NCBI GenBank assembly: GCA_036785375.1
Contig: JAWMAR010000030.1
Coordinates: forward strand, 992,001 to 1,056,000
DNA length: 64,000 nt
Direction: 5' to 3'
Origin: Leucoraja ocellata
Lineage: Eukaryota
Every line of letters starts with the position of its first letter. Within the stretch, counting starts at the first letter, position 1. Of the stretch, positions 36,262 through 47,835 are shown piece after piece. The translations under genes were made by a program, and so were the position numbers. The notes below the pieces were generated by a model, which saw only the letters and a program-made list of their open reading frames with translations, was not told where the DNA came from and did not search any database.

Positions 36262-37725
36262 CTTGATGCGAAAAAGAGTCCGCTGGCACTTTTGGCTCAG
36301 ACATGCTCTCAGATCGGAAAACCAGACCCCCCTCCGTCCTCCAAGCTCACGTCTGTGACTTCAAACGGGACGAGTGACAAGGAGTCCGGAAAATCCGCCC
36401 CGTTGAAACTTAGTGATATCGGCGCGGAGGACAAGTCGAGTTTTAAGCCGTACTCCAAGCACAACGAGAAGAAGGAGTCCAGTTCGTCGGGATCGTCGGG
36501 CGGGTCTGGAGAGAAGTCTGGTTTCCGTGTGCCGAGCGCCACCTGTCAACCATTCACACCAAGGACAGGCAGCCCCAACTCAAGTACCTCCTCGCCCATG
36601 CCCTCCGACGGCAAAGGCAGCGACAGTCAGGAGAAGAAAGACATCGACTCCGTGAAGAACAGCTCCAGCGACAACGGCACAGCCACCAGTGTCGGCCACA
36701 ACCGGATTAGCGTCAACTGCGCTGGGATAAACGTGGAAGTGAATCCACACCAGGAGACTTCGGTTTCCAAGCCCATTATTTCGGAAGCATCGGCTCTGGG
36801 CTCTGGACTTGTTGCCCCTGTTTCGCCCTACAAACCCGGGCAGACAGTCTTCCCGTTGCCCCCGGCAAGCATGGCCTATCCAGGAACACTCGGTGCCTAC
36901 GCCGGCTACCCGCACCAGTTTGTACCGCATGGAGTCAGCTTGGACCATGCCAAATCCAGCCTGGTCGGGGCGGCTCAGCTGGCCAGTTCTCTGGGCTGTG
37001 GTCTGTCCGGCAAGCCGGCCGGTTCCAGCCCACTAGCCGGCGCCTCTCCACCCTCCATGATGACGGCCAGTCTGTGCAGAGATCCCTACTGCCTCAGTTA
37101 CCACTGCGCCGCGCACCTTGCCGGGGCGGCCAGCAACTCTTGCTCCCACGACCCCACCGCTCTCAAGACTGGATACCCACTGGTTTATCCCTCTCACCCC
37201 CTCCACGCCGTGCACACGACCATGGCCAGCAACGCTGGCACGCCGACCCTGACGGGCCACCATTTGTACCCCTATGGTTTCATGCTTCAAAACGATCCTC
37301 AGCCGCATATCTGCAATTGGGTCTCGGCCAATGGACCATGCGACAAGCGATTTTGCTCCTCAGACGAACTGCTCAACCACTTGCGGACGCACACTGCTTT
37401 CTCCGGGACTGACAAACTGATGGCCGGCTATCCTAGCTCGTCCCTGGGTAGCGCGGCGGCAGCTGCTGCTGCAGCAGCCGTGGCTTGTCACATGCACCTC
37501 CCGCCTACAGGGGCGCCGGGGAGCCCCGGAGGTCTCACGTTAAGGAGCCCCCACGCTTTAGGACTCAGCAGCAGGTATCATCCTTATGCCAAGAGCCCAC
37601 TGCCGACCCATGGAGGTCCAGGACCGGTCACCACTCTCCCAGTGCCGGCAACAGGACATTATTATTCCCCATACGCACTCTACGGCCAGAGACTAACAAC
37701 AGCTTCAGCATTGGGCTACCAGTGA
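36262..37725 (+). CDS. znf503: Zinc finger protein 503, coding exon 2 (Sp motif, FKPY motif, buttonhead box, single C2H2 finger, C-terminal YSPYALYGQRL)
   Basis: LDAKKSPLALLAQTCSQIG (Sp motif 36277-36318), FKPY (36442-36453), FRVPSATCQPFTPRTGSP, VAPVSPYKPGQTVFPLPP, CRDPYC (37075-37092), finger CNWVSANGPCDKRF..ELLNHLRTH (37312-37392), ending RLTTASALGYQ-stop. Total protein is 564 aa. Confidence 0.97.
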   Translation, partial: LDAKKSPLALLAQTCSQIGKPDPPPSSKLTSVTSNGTSDKESGKSAPLKLSDIGAEDKSSFKPYSKHNEKKESSSSGSSGGSGEKSGFRVPSATCQPFTPRTGSPNSSTSSPMPSDGKGSDSQEKKDIDSVKNSSSDNGTATSVGHNRISVNCAGINVEVNPHQETSVSKPIISEASALGSGLVAPVSPYKPGQTVFPLPPASMAYPGTLGAYAGYPHQFVPHGVSLDHAKSSLVGAAQLASSLGCGLSGKPAGSSPLAGASPPSMMTASLCRDPYCLSYHCAAHLAGAASNSCSHDPTALKTGYPLVYPSHPLHAVHTTMASNAGTPTLTGHHLYPYGFMLQNDPQPHICNWVSANGPCDKRFCSSDELLNHLRTHTAFSGTDKLMAGYPSSSLGSAAAAAAAAAVACHMHLPPTGAPGSPGGLTLRSPHALGLSSRYHPYAKSPLPTHGGPGPVTTLPVPATGHYYSPYALYGQRLTTASALGYQ

Positions 37726-38450
37726 ACACAGACAGACATTTTAAGAGCTGCAATGTGCATTGCAAAGAAGGCTTATGTGGGTCCAATTTCAAAACAGTCA
37801 GGAAAAAAGAAAAGTTTTTTTTTAAATACAAAATGTTGACCTAGTTTTCTTCTGGTTAAATAATACAATCTGATTTATTTTTCTTTCGTGAAGCCAGCCA
37901 TCTCAAAGGTGAACCGATTAGTGCATACGTAGAGATTTCGCCCTATGGAATTGTTTGTTTGAAAATTAGGATATGTAAATAGTTTTCTTGAAAGTTTTGA
38001 AATACAATCCAGGAAGTCTCATACAAAGCAAATTGCAGTTTAAAGGGTCATTCTATGGTGTTCATTAATGGACGGGTTCCGCGAACGCTGTATTTATTTA
38101 TGTTAGCTTCAAGCGGGGGAAAACCATAACAAAGTGCATTACTTAACAAAAACAAAAACGGATAGGTAACGTGAAACAATGTAGAAAAAAAATAGGGGTT
38201 TTCCTAAGTTTCTTTTGAATTGCTATGATTGTATTGTATTATTTAATGTCTCTTGGGGGAAAAAAAAGAATTTACATGCATGTTTGTTACTAAATTCCAA
38301 CTTGTCATTATAATTTCAAATTACAATTATTTTTAAGGTGTACCATGGAAAGAAAATTGGTATTTTTTGTATGTATTCTGGAAATAAGAAGCAGTGCTAT
38401 TCAAAAATATGACGTCTTATTTTGTTATTAAATGAATACTTGATTACAAA
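37726..38450 (+). other. znf503: Probable znf503 3' UTR (end uncertain)
   Basis: AU-rich sequence after the stop. TGTAAATA at 37974-37981, TATTTATTTAT at 38091-38101, candidate poly(A) signal ATTAAA at 38427-38432. No transcript evidence available. Confidence 0.5.
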
Positions 38451-38717
38451 TTGTAACTTCCGTTCGCATTATATAGGTTTTAAAAATTTGGGTCTGGTAT
38501 TTAATAATTTTTCCGCATTTTTATAGTAATGCAGCGTTTTTTAAACTTTTTCCGTTTCCAACTGAGGACTTCTTATCAGTTGAGAACGCGAATATACCTT
38601 TATAAGAAATATTAAATATAAATGTTATTTTCATTTATTTTACACAATTGTTTGGCATCAAACCGTAGTATTTTTTTTAACGGGCAGAACGTACATTCTG
38701 CGAATGTACGAATTCAC

Positions 38718-38726
38718 CTCTCTCTC

Positions 38727-38758
<32 letters not shown>
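38718..38758. repeat. Compound microsatellite (CT)n(AT)n(AC)n
   Basis: ctctctctc atatatatatatat acacacacacacacacac. Confidence 0.9.
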
Positions 38759-40289
38759 CACTGACGAAGCAGGACACACAAAGCTGTCGCCAGTTCGATA
38801 AAACTGATTATACTTTAAGACATCGAAATACAATTTGACCCGCTCTTTAAATTCGGCTTTGTCAACGTGCATTAAACAATTTAGTGTCGCGGCACACATA
38901 TATAAAACATAAAACCACATAGCCATTGAAACAATATGCCAGATGTTTAAAAGAGGCTCATTATCAACCCGCCTACTTTTGCAAGAACCCCTTGTGTTCG
39001 CAGGAGTTGCAAACTTGATACCACAGAATCCGACTTTTCTCATCAATCTGATGCAAAATAATCCGATGCGAGGTGGAACAAAGTCACCCCCTCCCCAAAT
39101 CTGGAGATTCATAAAACCCAAATCAATTGCAAAAAGGTGGACACGTCACTTTAAATGACAGCTTTCCTTTCTCCGAACTCCCGTTGGTTTCAACACTGCT
39201 GGATAAACGTGTAAAGGGGAATAGCTGAACGCGCAAACAAAATCCGCTTTCACAAGTTGACTAAAACCAGCCAAATATACGTGATTCCACCCACAAAAAA
39301 ATCTAAATGTTAAATAAATGGCAGTCCTGGTGTTATTACAGGATGCTCTCGTGGTTGTTTTTTAAATATATTGAAAACCAAGTCTGTTTCAAGGAAATAT
39401 ACTCCGAGTCAGAGACAATATAGATTCATATAAAATTAACAATAACCCAAGCGCCCCGTTACAAATAGCTCTGAAATAAAAATCCTCCGATCCAAGTATT
39501 TTTTGAGTCAAGTGTGAATGCTCACTATTTTAAAATTCCTTCAAGATAGTAACATTACTGAGAAATAATAGCAACTTCTACCTGCGGTATTGGGCGCGTG
39601 TCCAAATAATCTATTCAGGAAACTGACGTGAATCAAAGGGATATTGTCACGATGAACATATACATTATTCGTATATGTATTACTCTTATACATTAATCGA
39701 TACTAAACTTGTTTTAATAACTTTTAACTCCCGCTGCTTATTTTCCAACGGACAAGAAAGCAGATTATAGTAAATCTCAGGACACACGATGCGGAATAGT
39801 GTATTTCATTTTTTTTTTTTGAAGTGATGTTTGGACACTTTATCGCGCTCTTTTCATGTTGTTCTCGTCGGCGCTGTTCTTTTTTTTTTGCGTCCCTGCA
39901 GTTTCGTGAAAATAAATGGTACCGACCCTTACATTTTATAAATATCTAATCACGGCGAGGGAAAGTAATGTTAAGAACAACGAAACATGTGTTGCCCAGT
40001 TAAGCAAACGAAGAGGGGTTTTTCCCTCTGATGTTTACGTTCTTTATTGCTTAGAATGCTCACAGTTACAACAGATTAAGATTTAATCCAGTAACAAGCG
40101 TTTGACATTTTATTTTAAATGCGCCACTGTTGACTTTAAATCTAATATTAATTGTGTTTAATATTCACTTTATTGGTCAGATTGTTATGGAGTAGCGACG
40201 TGGATCATTTTGGAGTATTTTTCAGATAACCTTTCATTGGTTTGGTTTGATGCTGCGACTAGTTAAGTTATTTTTAAGAGCAACTTTAT

Positions 40290-40988
40290 GCCTGAAGAAG
40301 GAAACTCGACCTGAAACGTCACCCATTCCTTCTCTCAAGAGACTCTGCCTGTCCCGCTTTGTTACTCCAGCACTTTAGAACAAGGAAATATAGAAAATAG
40401 GTGCAGGAGTAGGCCATTCGGCCCTTCGAGCCAGCACCGCCATTCAATATGATCATGGCTGATCATCCAAAATCAGTACCCCGTTCCTGCTTTTCACCCA
40501 TATCCCTTGATTCCCTAATAGCTAAATCGAACTCTCTTGAAAACATCCAGTGAATTGGCCTCCATTACCTTCTGCAGCAGAGAATTCCACAGATTCGCAA
40601 CTCTCTGCGTGAAAAAGTGGTTCCTCAACTCGGTCCTAAATGGCTTACCCCTTATTCTTAAATTGTGGCCCCTGGTTCTGGACTCCCTCAACATCGGGGA
40701 CATTGTTCCTGCATTTACCCTGTCCAGTCCTCTAAGAATGTTATATGTTTCTTTAAGAACTCCTTTCATCCTTCTAAATTCCAGCGAACACAAGCCCAGT
40801 AAGTCGACCCCTTCGTTCATCATATGTCAGACCCGCCATCCCGGGAATTAACCAACGCTAGGCTCCCTCAACAGCAATAATGTCCTTTCTCAAATTAGGA
40901 GACCAAAATTGCACACAATACTCCAGGTGCGGTCTCACAAATGGCCCCGTACAACTGCAGTAGGACATCCTTGCTCTTAAACTCAAAG
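40290..40988 (-). mobile_element. Penelope-like repeat (+, 40290-40375) followed by a CR1/HER1-like fragment (-, 40385-40988)
   Basis: Minus ORF LGLCSLEFRRMKG..RTRGHNLRIRGKPFRTELRNHFFTQRVANLWNSL is the CR1 ORF2 C-terminus. Confidence 0.8.
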
Positions 40989-41737
40989 CATGTGTCTATC
41001 TTTATGTTTGAATCATTTTGCTTATTCTATGCGAAAAAGAAGTATTTCTAAGACAAGGCTCATGGTTCCATGTGAATATGATTTAGGTTTTTAGGGGTTT
41101 GCGACTCTAAGTATTTGCCTCTTTTTGTTTGAGGTTGGGTTTATAAATAGGGAAAGAGGATGTGTTATTGGACCGGGTGTCTGCGTTTGCCGAGTCGCTT
41201 CCTCGATGCGGGCCGTCAGTGTCGATGGTTCCACAAGTTGACAGCGCCGCCGGCCCCCGTCACCGGCACCGAACCGATCAGAGATCAGACCTGCTTCAAG
41301 AAGACACCAAGCAGAAGGGCAAATCACGTCAAAAGACACCCCGCAGAGTCGCAGCTAGCGCAGGGCCAAACATTCGGCCTCCTCGCATTCGGCAGGCGGG
41401 CTCGTACCTGCCCTTCCCAAGTCTACCATTCGCTCTGGAGTGATAAGATGCAGCCCTCTCCACGGGGGTAGTATCTCGAGGGGCCAACTTCCATTTTGTG
41501 TTCACGGTGACTTCAGTTAAAGAGAGATGCCAGTGCACAGAAAACAGAAACACAGACAATGTCCGAAAGGTCTCGCTGGTTTTAAGTAAGGTTAAGTGGC
41601 GAGCCGCCGCGCCTCTCCCTGGTTGCTTTGATCTGCGTGATAATATCCTTTGATATCTCGCTGCAAGGCCATCAAAATGAAGCCGGCCAAACCCGTTTCT
41701 CAGGAAGAAACTCGTTCATTTGAAGTTAATTTGCAAC

Positions 41738-41856
41738 GTGTAGGAAAGAACTGCAGATGTTGGTTTAAATGGAAGGTAGACACAAAATGCTGGAGTAATC
41801 GGCGGGTCAGGCAGCATCTTTGGAGCGAAGGAATGGGTGACGTTTCGGGTCGAGAC
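41738..41856 (-). mobile_element. Penelope-like terminal repeat
   Basis: gaactgcagatg..gacacaaaatgctggagtaa..gggtgacgtttcgggtcgagac. Confidence 0.7.
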
Positions 41857-42279
41857 TAATTTGCATGTGTTCGGGTCTAATTCAGACATGTCACATGTAG
41901 GACAATGTTGGCGATGGGAAGTGGTGAGTTGTCTGTAGAATTTGTGGAAACTGCTCGTCCACAAAATCCACAGACGACTCACCACTTCCCATCGCCAATT
42001 TTCAACAACAAAGGTCTTCGGTAAACAGTAATTAATCTTTGATTTTTTTAATGTCAACCCGTTCATTTGAAAACAATGCGAGCAAAACCAACCAAATAAA
42101 TTGTCACGCAGAGATTTATTCCACCATTTATTCTATATAACTAGGCTGGACACGAAACTAAGACATATCTCGGTATTTTGTGGTTGCAAATAGCGCAATT
42201 AGAATCGAGTTTGAGTGAATTTTAAAATGAATTGTTGAATTGTTTTCTCTGGAACGCCGGTGGCGGAGAGCAGTTTAAT

Positions 42280-42980
42280 GTGCAAGAAGGAACTGCAGAT
42301 GCTGGAGAATCGAAGGTAGACAAAATTGCTGGAGAAACTCAGCGGGTGCGGCAGCATCTATGGAGTGAAGGAAATACACAAGGTTTCGGGCCGAAACCCT
42401 TCTTCAGACTGATGAACTCAGGAGTATCTAACGTTATGAGAGGCAGAGATGGGATAGACAATCAGAATCATTTTTTTCCCCCAGGGTCGAAATGTCACAG
42501 ACCAGAGGGCATGGAGAGCGGGCAAATTGAAAGTAGATGTTTTTTTTGCACAGAAGATGCGAGTAGCGTGGAACCGCGGAGGCAGATACGATAGTAGCGG
42601 ATAGTAGACTTTTAGATAGGCACAAAAATATGCAGGAAATGGATGGGATATGGATCTTGGGTAGGCAAATTAGGTTAGTATATTTTGATATGATGTTGGG
42701 CATAGTCATTGTGGGCCGAAGGACCTGTTCCTGTGCTGAGCCTTTCTCTGCTCTCTGATTGTTGGCAATGAGGAGGAATTTCTTTAGTCAGAGGGTAGTG
42801 AATCTGTGGAATTAATTGCCACATACTGGAGACCGTCAACGTATACTTTTAAGGCATATTTTGATCAGTAAAGGTTTCAGGGGTTATGGCAGGAGAATGG
42901 GGTTGAGGGGGAAAGATAGATCAGCCATGATTGAATGGCGTAATAGTCTTGATGGGTCTAATTCTGCTCCTAGAACGTAT
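42280..42980. mobile_element. Penelope-like repeat (-) followed by CR1-like 3' fragments (+)
   Basis: ggaactgcagatgctggagaatcgaagg (same subfamily as 57656), then ttttagataggcac..gggccgaagg and gtgaatctgtggaat..gccatgattgaatgg. Confidence 0.65.
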
Positions 42981-43647
42981 TAACATGTATAAGACATGCC
43001 CTTCCTGCTTAATATATAACAAGTAGCTTTGAACACAACATCAATGTAAATGCCAGATGCTGAAGTGAAATGAGGAGGTTGAGTTCTGTAAATGCATACA
43101 CAGCGACTGATTGTCAAGGGTAGATTATATTTCTTTGGATGATTTCTTTTGTTTGGTTTGGAAGATATACAAGAAGGCAACAATTTATCTTGCACCAACC
43201 CACACACTGCAAGCGCATTAAGGTTTTACTCGAGTCTTTGACAGGGTAGCTCTGCTGGAAGAGCAGCGAGATGAACAGAGACCTAAACCTGAACCATTAA
43301 TTACACAAAGCAACATTTCCATGTGGCTATTCCTTTCTCTGCTACCACTAACTAGCAGGCTTCAATAAATCAACCCAACAAAATATTGACATGAAACACT
43401 TGATTATCGATTTAAATCCAAAAATCCCATTCCTCCCCATGTGTTTTCACCGGCGATTATCGACAGTAGTGGTTCTTTGAAAACAAGGATCTAAAGAAGA
43501 GTCTCGACCCAAAATCTCATCCATTCTTTCTATCCAGAGATGCTACCCGTCCTCTTGAGTTAGTCCAGCATTTGTATCTAGTGGGATGTTTTAACCACAG
43601 CAAGACTTTGGACCTGCCTTCCACTGCCTTACCACCTCGGCAATTGC

Positions 43648-43845
43648 AAGAGGGCGGTGGAGACAGGTTCTCTGGATGCTTTCAAGAGAGAGCTAGATAG
43701 GGCTCTTAAAAATAGCGGAGTCAGGGGATATGGGGAGAAGACAGGAAAGGGGTACTGATTGTGGATGATCACCAATGATCACATTGAATGGCGGTGCTGG
43801 ATTGAAGAGCCAAATGGCCTGCTCTTGTACCTATAGTCTATTGTA
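43648..43845 (+). mobile_element. CR1/HER1-like LINE 3' end
   Basis: agagggcggtggag..ttcaagagagagctagataggg..ggggatatggggag..gatcacattgaatggcgg. Confidence 0.8.
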
Positions 43846-45220
43846 AGACACTTCTATAGATGTCGTCGCTGAGTCTGCAGCAACAGAACTTTGATTCAAC
43901 ATTCAAAGACTGTCTGCAATTTGCTACATTCCCAACAATAAGTCCATGCATGTCAATGCTGCAGCCATTGATTCAATTTTAGGAGCGTAACTATTTTACC
44001 CATTGCAAGCTCTGTTGGGGCTATCAATGTTGCCTGGGCATTAGCACATAACAGATTTTATCTTTGCCTTGTCTGGAAATTATCAAATCAGTCAAGATTT
44101 AATCCCAAGGTCACACTCTGTGGACGGATGGCAAATGAAACGCACTTGGTTCCTGGCATGGTAACCTTGTCCCCACCCAGAGCAGAGCAGAAAGTGCAGT
44201 TTCCTGGCCCGGGACCAGATGGTAGGTAGGCAAGGGTCCTGTACAGGCTCAATCCTCAGAACTGGGTGGTTCTGATTCCTTGGCATAAGATCCAGGATAT
44301 CTTGCGTCCAATGCAGTCTGTGGGCTTCCGAGGTACTGATGAGGCCAAAGTGGGGAGTGGACTCTTCCGTAGATGGGGCAGGTTGGCCGCCAATAGGGTG
44401 GGCATGTGGGCAGTTATGCCTTGTGGCGCATCTTCCACTAGGGATGTAGGCCATCCATGTACTCCTTATGTAGGAGCTCAAAGTCCGCAATACTCTTCTT
44501 CATTTTGGGCAGTCATGAGGTTGGGAATCTTTGCCAATGGAAATTTGCCTTTTATGTAAGGAGGTTTCAAAATGCCCCTTTTCAGCTTACTATTTCATAA
44601 GTGTCTTTGAGCACATCAATTTAAATACCAGATCTTGAACACAAATGAGGAGTTTGAGTTCTGTAAATGCAGACACAAGTAACTACAGAAGCTGGTTTAC
44701 AAAAAAAGACATTAAATGCTGGCATAACTCAGTGGGTCTGGCAGCATCTCTGATTTACAAAAAAAACACAAAATGCTGGAGTAACTCAATGAGTCATACA
44801 AAAAAGGACACAAAATGCAGCCAATGTCCTTTCAAGGGTAGATTATATTTCATAGGAAAACATATTTTATTTGTTTTGGAAGATGTACAAGAAGACGGTT
44901 GTCTGCTTGGTCATTACATCCTATGACAAAGATCAGAAAACAAAATGTTCCAGGAGTCTGGTGTCAGGCATGCAAACAATGTAGCCAGGCCCAAGCCACA
45001 GACGGCGTGGAATTAGGGTCTCAGTGCTGAGGTCTTGGCCTGAGAGAGGACGGGTTTGCTGGTCCTTCCAGTGAATTTGGATGATTTTGCATGAAATAAA
45101 GTGGCAGATTATTAATTTGTGGTTCCAGGGTGCAGGTGGTCCCACTATGTGATGAATGGTTATATGTTGGTGGCACTATCATTGAGTACTAAATACCATA
45201 TACTTGTTGATTACCAGCGC

Positions 45221-45615
45221 ATTCATGTCTACAAAGCCCTCAATGGGCTTGCCCCCACCTACATTAAAAGTCTGCTCACCCACCACACCATCTCCAGGTC
45301 CCTCAGATCGGCTGACTTGGGGTTGCTGAATATCCCGCGGTCTAGGCATAAGCTCAGGGGCATCCGCACCTTTGTGGTTGCAGCTCCTAGACTGTGGAAC
45401 AGCATCCCTCTTCCCATCAGAACTGCCCCCTCCATCGACTCCTTTAAGTCGAGACTAAAAACTCATCTGTACTCCCAAGCCTTTCTTGACGTCCTCTGAG
45501 CGAGGGCTATATGTATATAGTTTGTTATACTATTCTTATACCAATGTAAAGCACTTTGGCCAACGAGAGTTGTTTTTTAAATGTGCTGTATAAATAAATG
45601 TGACTTGACTTGCTT
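45221..45615 (+). mobile_element. L2-clade LINE 3' fragment
   Basis: YKALNGLAPTYI..RSLRS..FVVAAPRLWNSIPLPIR..SFKSRLKTHL is a typical L2 ORF2 C-terminus. tgtaaagcactttg..aataaa with a (gactt)n tail. Confidence 0.8.
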
Positions 45616-45744
45616 GATAGTGTAGGTTTCAGTTGGTAAACAGCGTGTGACTGGCAATGGCATCCACCTCAGGTGCTAAACAGCACATAGCAGGAAGTCA
45701 TAAACTCACAAAGGGTTCCAACCTGATAACATCATTTGGGCCTC

Positions 45745-46095
45745 AGCAGAAAAGCTGCTGCATCACGGCCCCAGAGACCAGGGTTGGATCACCATCTCAG
45801 GTGCCCTCTGTGTGGAGTTTGCACGTTCTCCCCGTGAAGGCTTGGGTTTCCTTCTGGTGCTCCGGTTTCCACCCACATCCCAAACACGTGCGGGTTTGTA
45901 GGTTAATTGGCCTGAGTGTGCAGGGAGTTGATGTGAAAGTGGGATAGCAAAGAACTAGTGTGAACGGGTGATCAATGGTTGACCTGGACTCAGTGGCCAA
46001 AGGCTCTGTTTCTACGCTGCATCTTTCAACCAATTTCTCCATTTCCGTCCACAGATGCTGCTTAGCCCACTGAGTTCCTCCAGCAGTTTGTTTTT
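45745..46095 (+). mobile_element. HE1-like SINE plus a short Penelope-like repeat fragment
   Basis: gtgtggagtttgcacgttctccccgtg..ggtttgtaggttaattggc, then gatgctgc..gagttcctccagca. Confidence 0.7.
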
Positions 46096-46689
46096 GGCCA
46101 TTAACTCACTATGATAGTTTTGGTTTGTAAATAGTACAAAAGCTTCAGTTGGTAAACAGCAAGTTAGTCTTGGTTATTAGCTCATGGCACCACCTCCAGG
46201 TAATAAACAGCATGTCACTGGTAGTTATCACTCCATGGTTATTGATTCCAAGTACCATCTGCAGCTGGTAAACCAAATGTGCCTGGTTGATTTTAGCTTG
46301 CAGCATGAGCTCAGGTGGTTAGCAGCACATGACAAGCGGATATTAGCTCCAAGCATGGCTTCAGGTTGCAAACTGTACATGATGGATGGGTATTAGCACA
46401 CAGCACAGCCTGAGGTAGAAACTGCACAAGACTGATATTCATTTGATCTTGGTCTGGATTCAGAAGCTAGGCAGCAACCAGTGGCGATGTCCTTGCAGTG
46501 TAGACTTCACCTGGCTAACACTATGCAATTGGTGCTTATGAGAAGGGGGTTATTAGATAATGGCTTCAGTGTCTGATATTATCAGCACACCATGGATTCT
46601 GATAGTAAACAGTATGTAGTGATCAGCTTGCGATGCCAGTTTAAAATGTCAAACAACATGTGGATTTTGGTTGGCAGCTCACTTTGTGT

Positions 46690-47835
46690 CTTCGATTGGC
46701 AAATTGAATATGACACTGTGATTGCAATCCAACGGCCCTGACATCTAACATTATGAGGTGCATTAAGAGACTGGTTATGGAACACCTCATCTCCAGTCTC
46801 CCAGGCAGCCTTGATCCATTGCAGTTCACCTATCGTGCAATGGCTCCATGCCAGACGCCATCTCTCTGGCGCTACACAGTGCAAGAATACCTAGCTATGT
46901 CACATGCATAGTTTTTTACTATTGCTCTGTCTTCAACACTATAGTCCCAACAAAGACATCCCCAAACATCTGGGTCTAGTCCCTGGCTATAGTCCCAACA
47001 AACCCATCTCCAAGCATCCCCCTCTGCAACTTGATCCTTGACTTCCTGAACCACAGACCACAATCAATAAGGATAGGTGACAAAGCATCCTCCCTGATAA
47101 TTCTCCACGCTGGTGACCCACAAGGATGTGTTTTCAACCCCTCACTATGCTCCCTGTGCACTCACGACTGTGTGGGGGAAATCACAGATGAAATCACCAT
47201 CGCGGGCCGGATCTCAAATAACAACAAGGGGAAGTACAGGGAGGAGATAGAGAGCTCAGTTACACGGTGTCAAGATAGCGACCTCTCCCTCAGTGTCCAC
47301 AAGATGAAGCAGCCAGGCATTAACTTCATGAAGTGAGGTGGTGTACAGGCCCCTGTCACAATCCATATTGCCTAAGTGGAAATGATCATCTTCAGGTCCC
47401 TAGGTGTAAATATCATCAAATATTTGTCCTTGACCAACCATGACCTTCAAGCTGCCCAGGGAAAGCAGCTAACATAATCAAGGACCACTTGGAACCTGCT
47501 CATCCCCTTAAATCCTCTCCTGAGAGCTTGAAAGGAGGCCCCATTGATTCAGAAACAGCTTCTTCCCCACTGATAGCAGGCTGCTGCAGTCCTCCCATAA
47601 GCAAGGTATTAGTCTCGATCTTCCAACCTACTTAATTGTGGACCTTACACTTTTTTTAAACTACACTTTCTCTGCGACTGCAAAGTATATTGCTGCAACA
47701 TGATATTCTGCACTCCAATATCTCTCACTTTGCAAAACCTTTTGTGTGGTGTATTATGGTTGTGGTGTGGTTGATTATCCTCATGCACTGTATGATTTGA
47801 CTGGATAGCACGTGTACACGTGACAATAATAAACA
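46690..47835 (+). mobile_element. Degraded Rex1/RTE-like LINE RT remnant
   Basis: [30 protein letters not shown] motifs. 3' end cacgtgacaataataaa. Confidence 0.65.

Noticed and set aside
36309-37412. Antisense and alternative-frame ORFs overlapping znf503 exon 2
   Set aside because: Expected shadow ORFs of GC-rich coding sequence, with no recognisable homology.
29010-41603. Exact 16-mer aaggttaagtggcgag at 29010-29025 and 41588-41603, flanking the znf503 domain
   Set aside because: About one chance 16-mer match is expected among all position pairs in 64 kb, and the similarity does not extend.
44010-44600. 132-aa minus-strand ORF (44092-44490) as a gene exon
   Set aside because: No splice context or recognisable host protein. 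It looks like a decayed LINE (possibly Tx1/L1) fragment but is too degraded to call.
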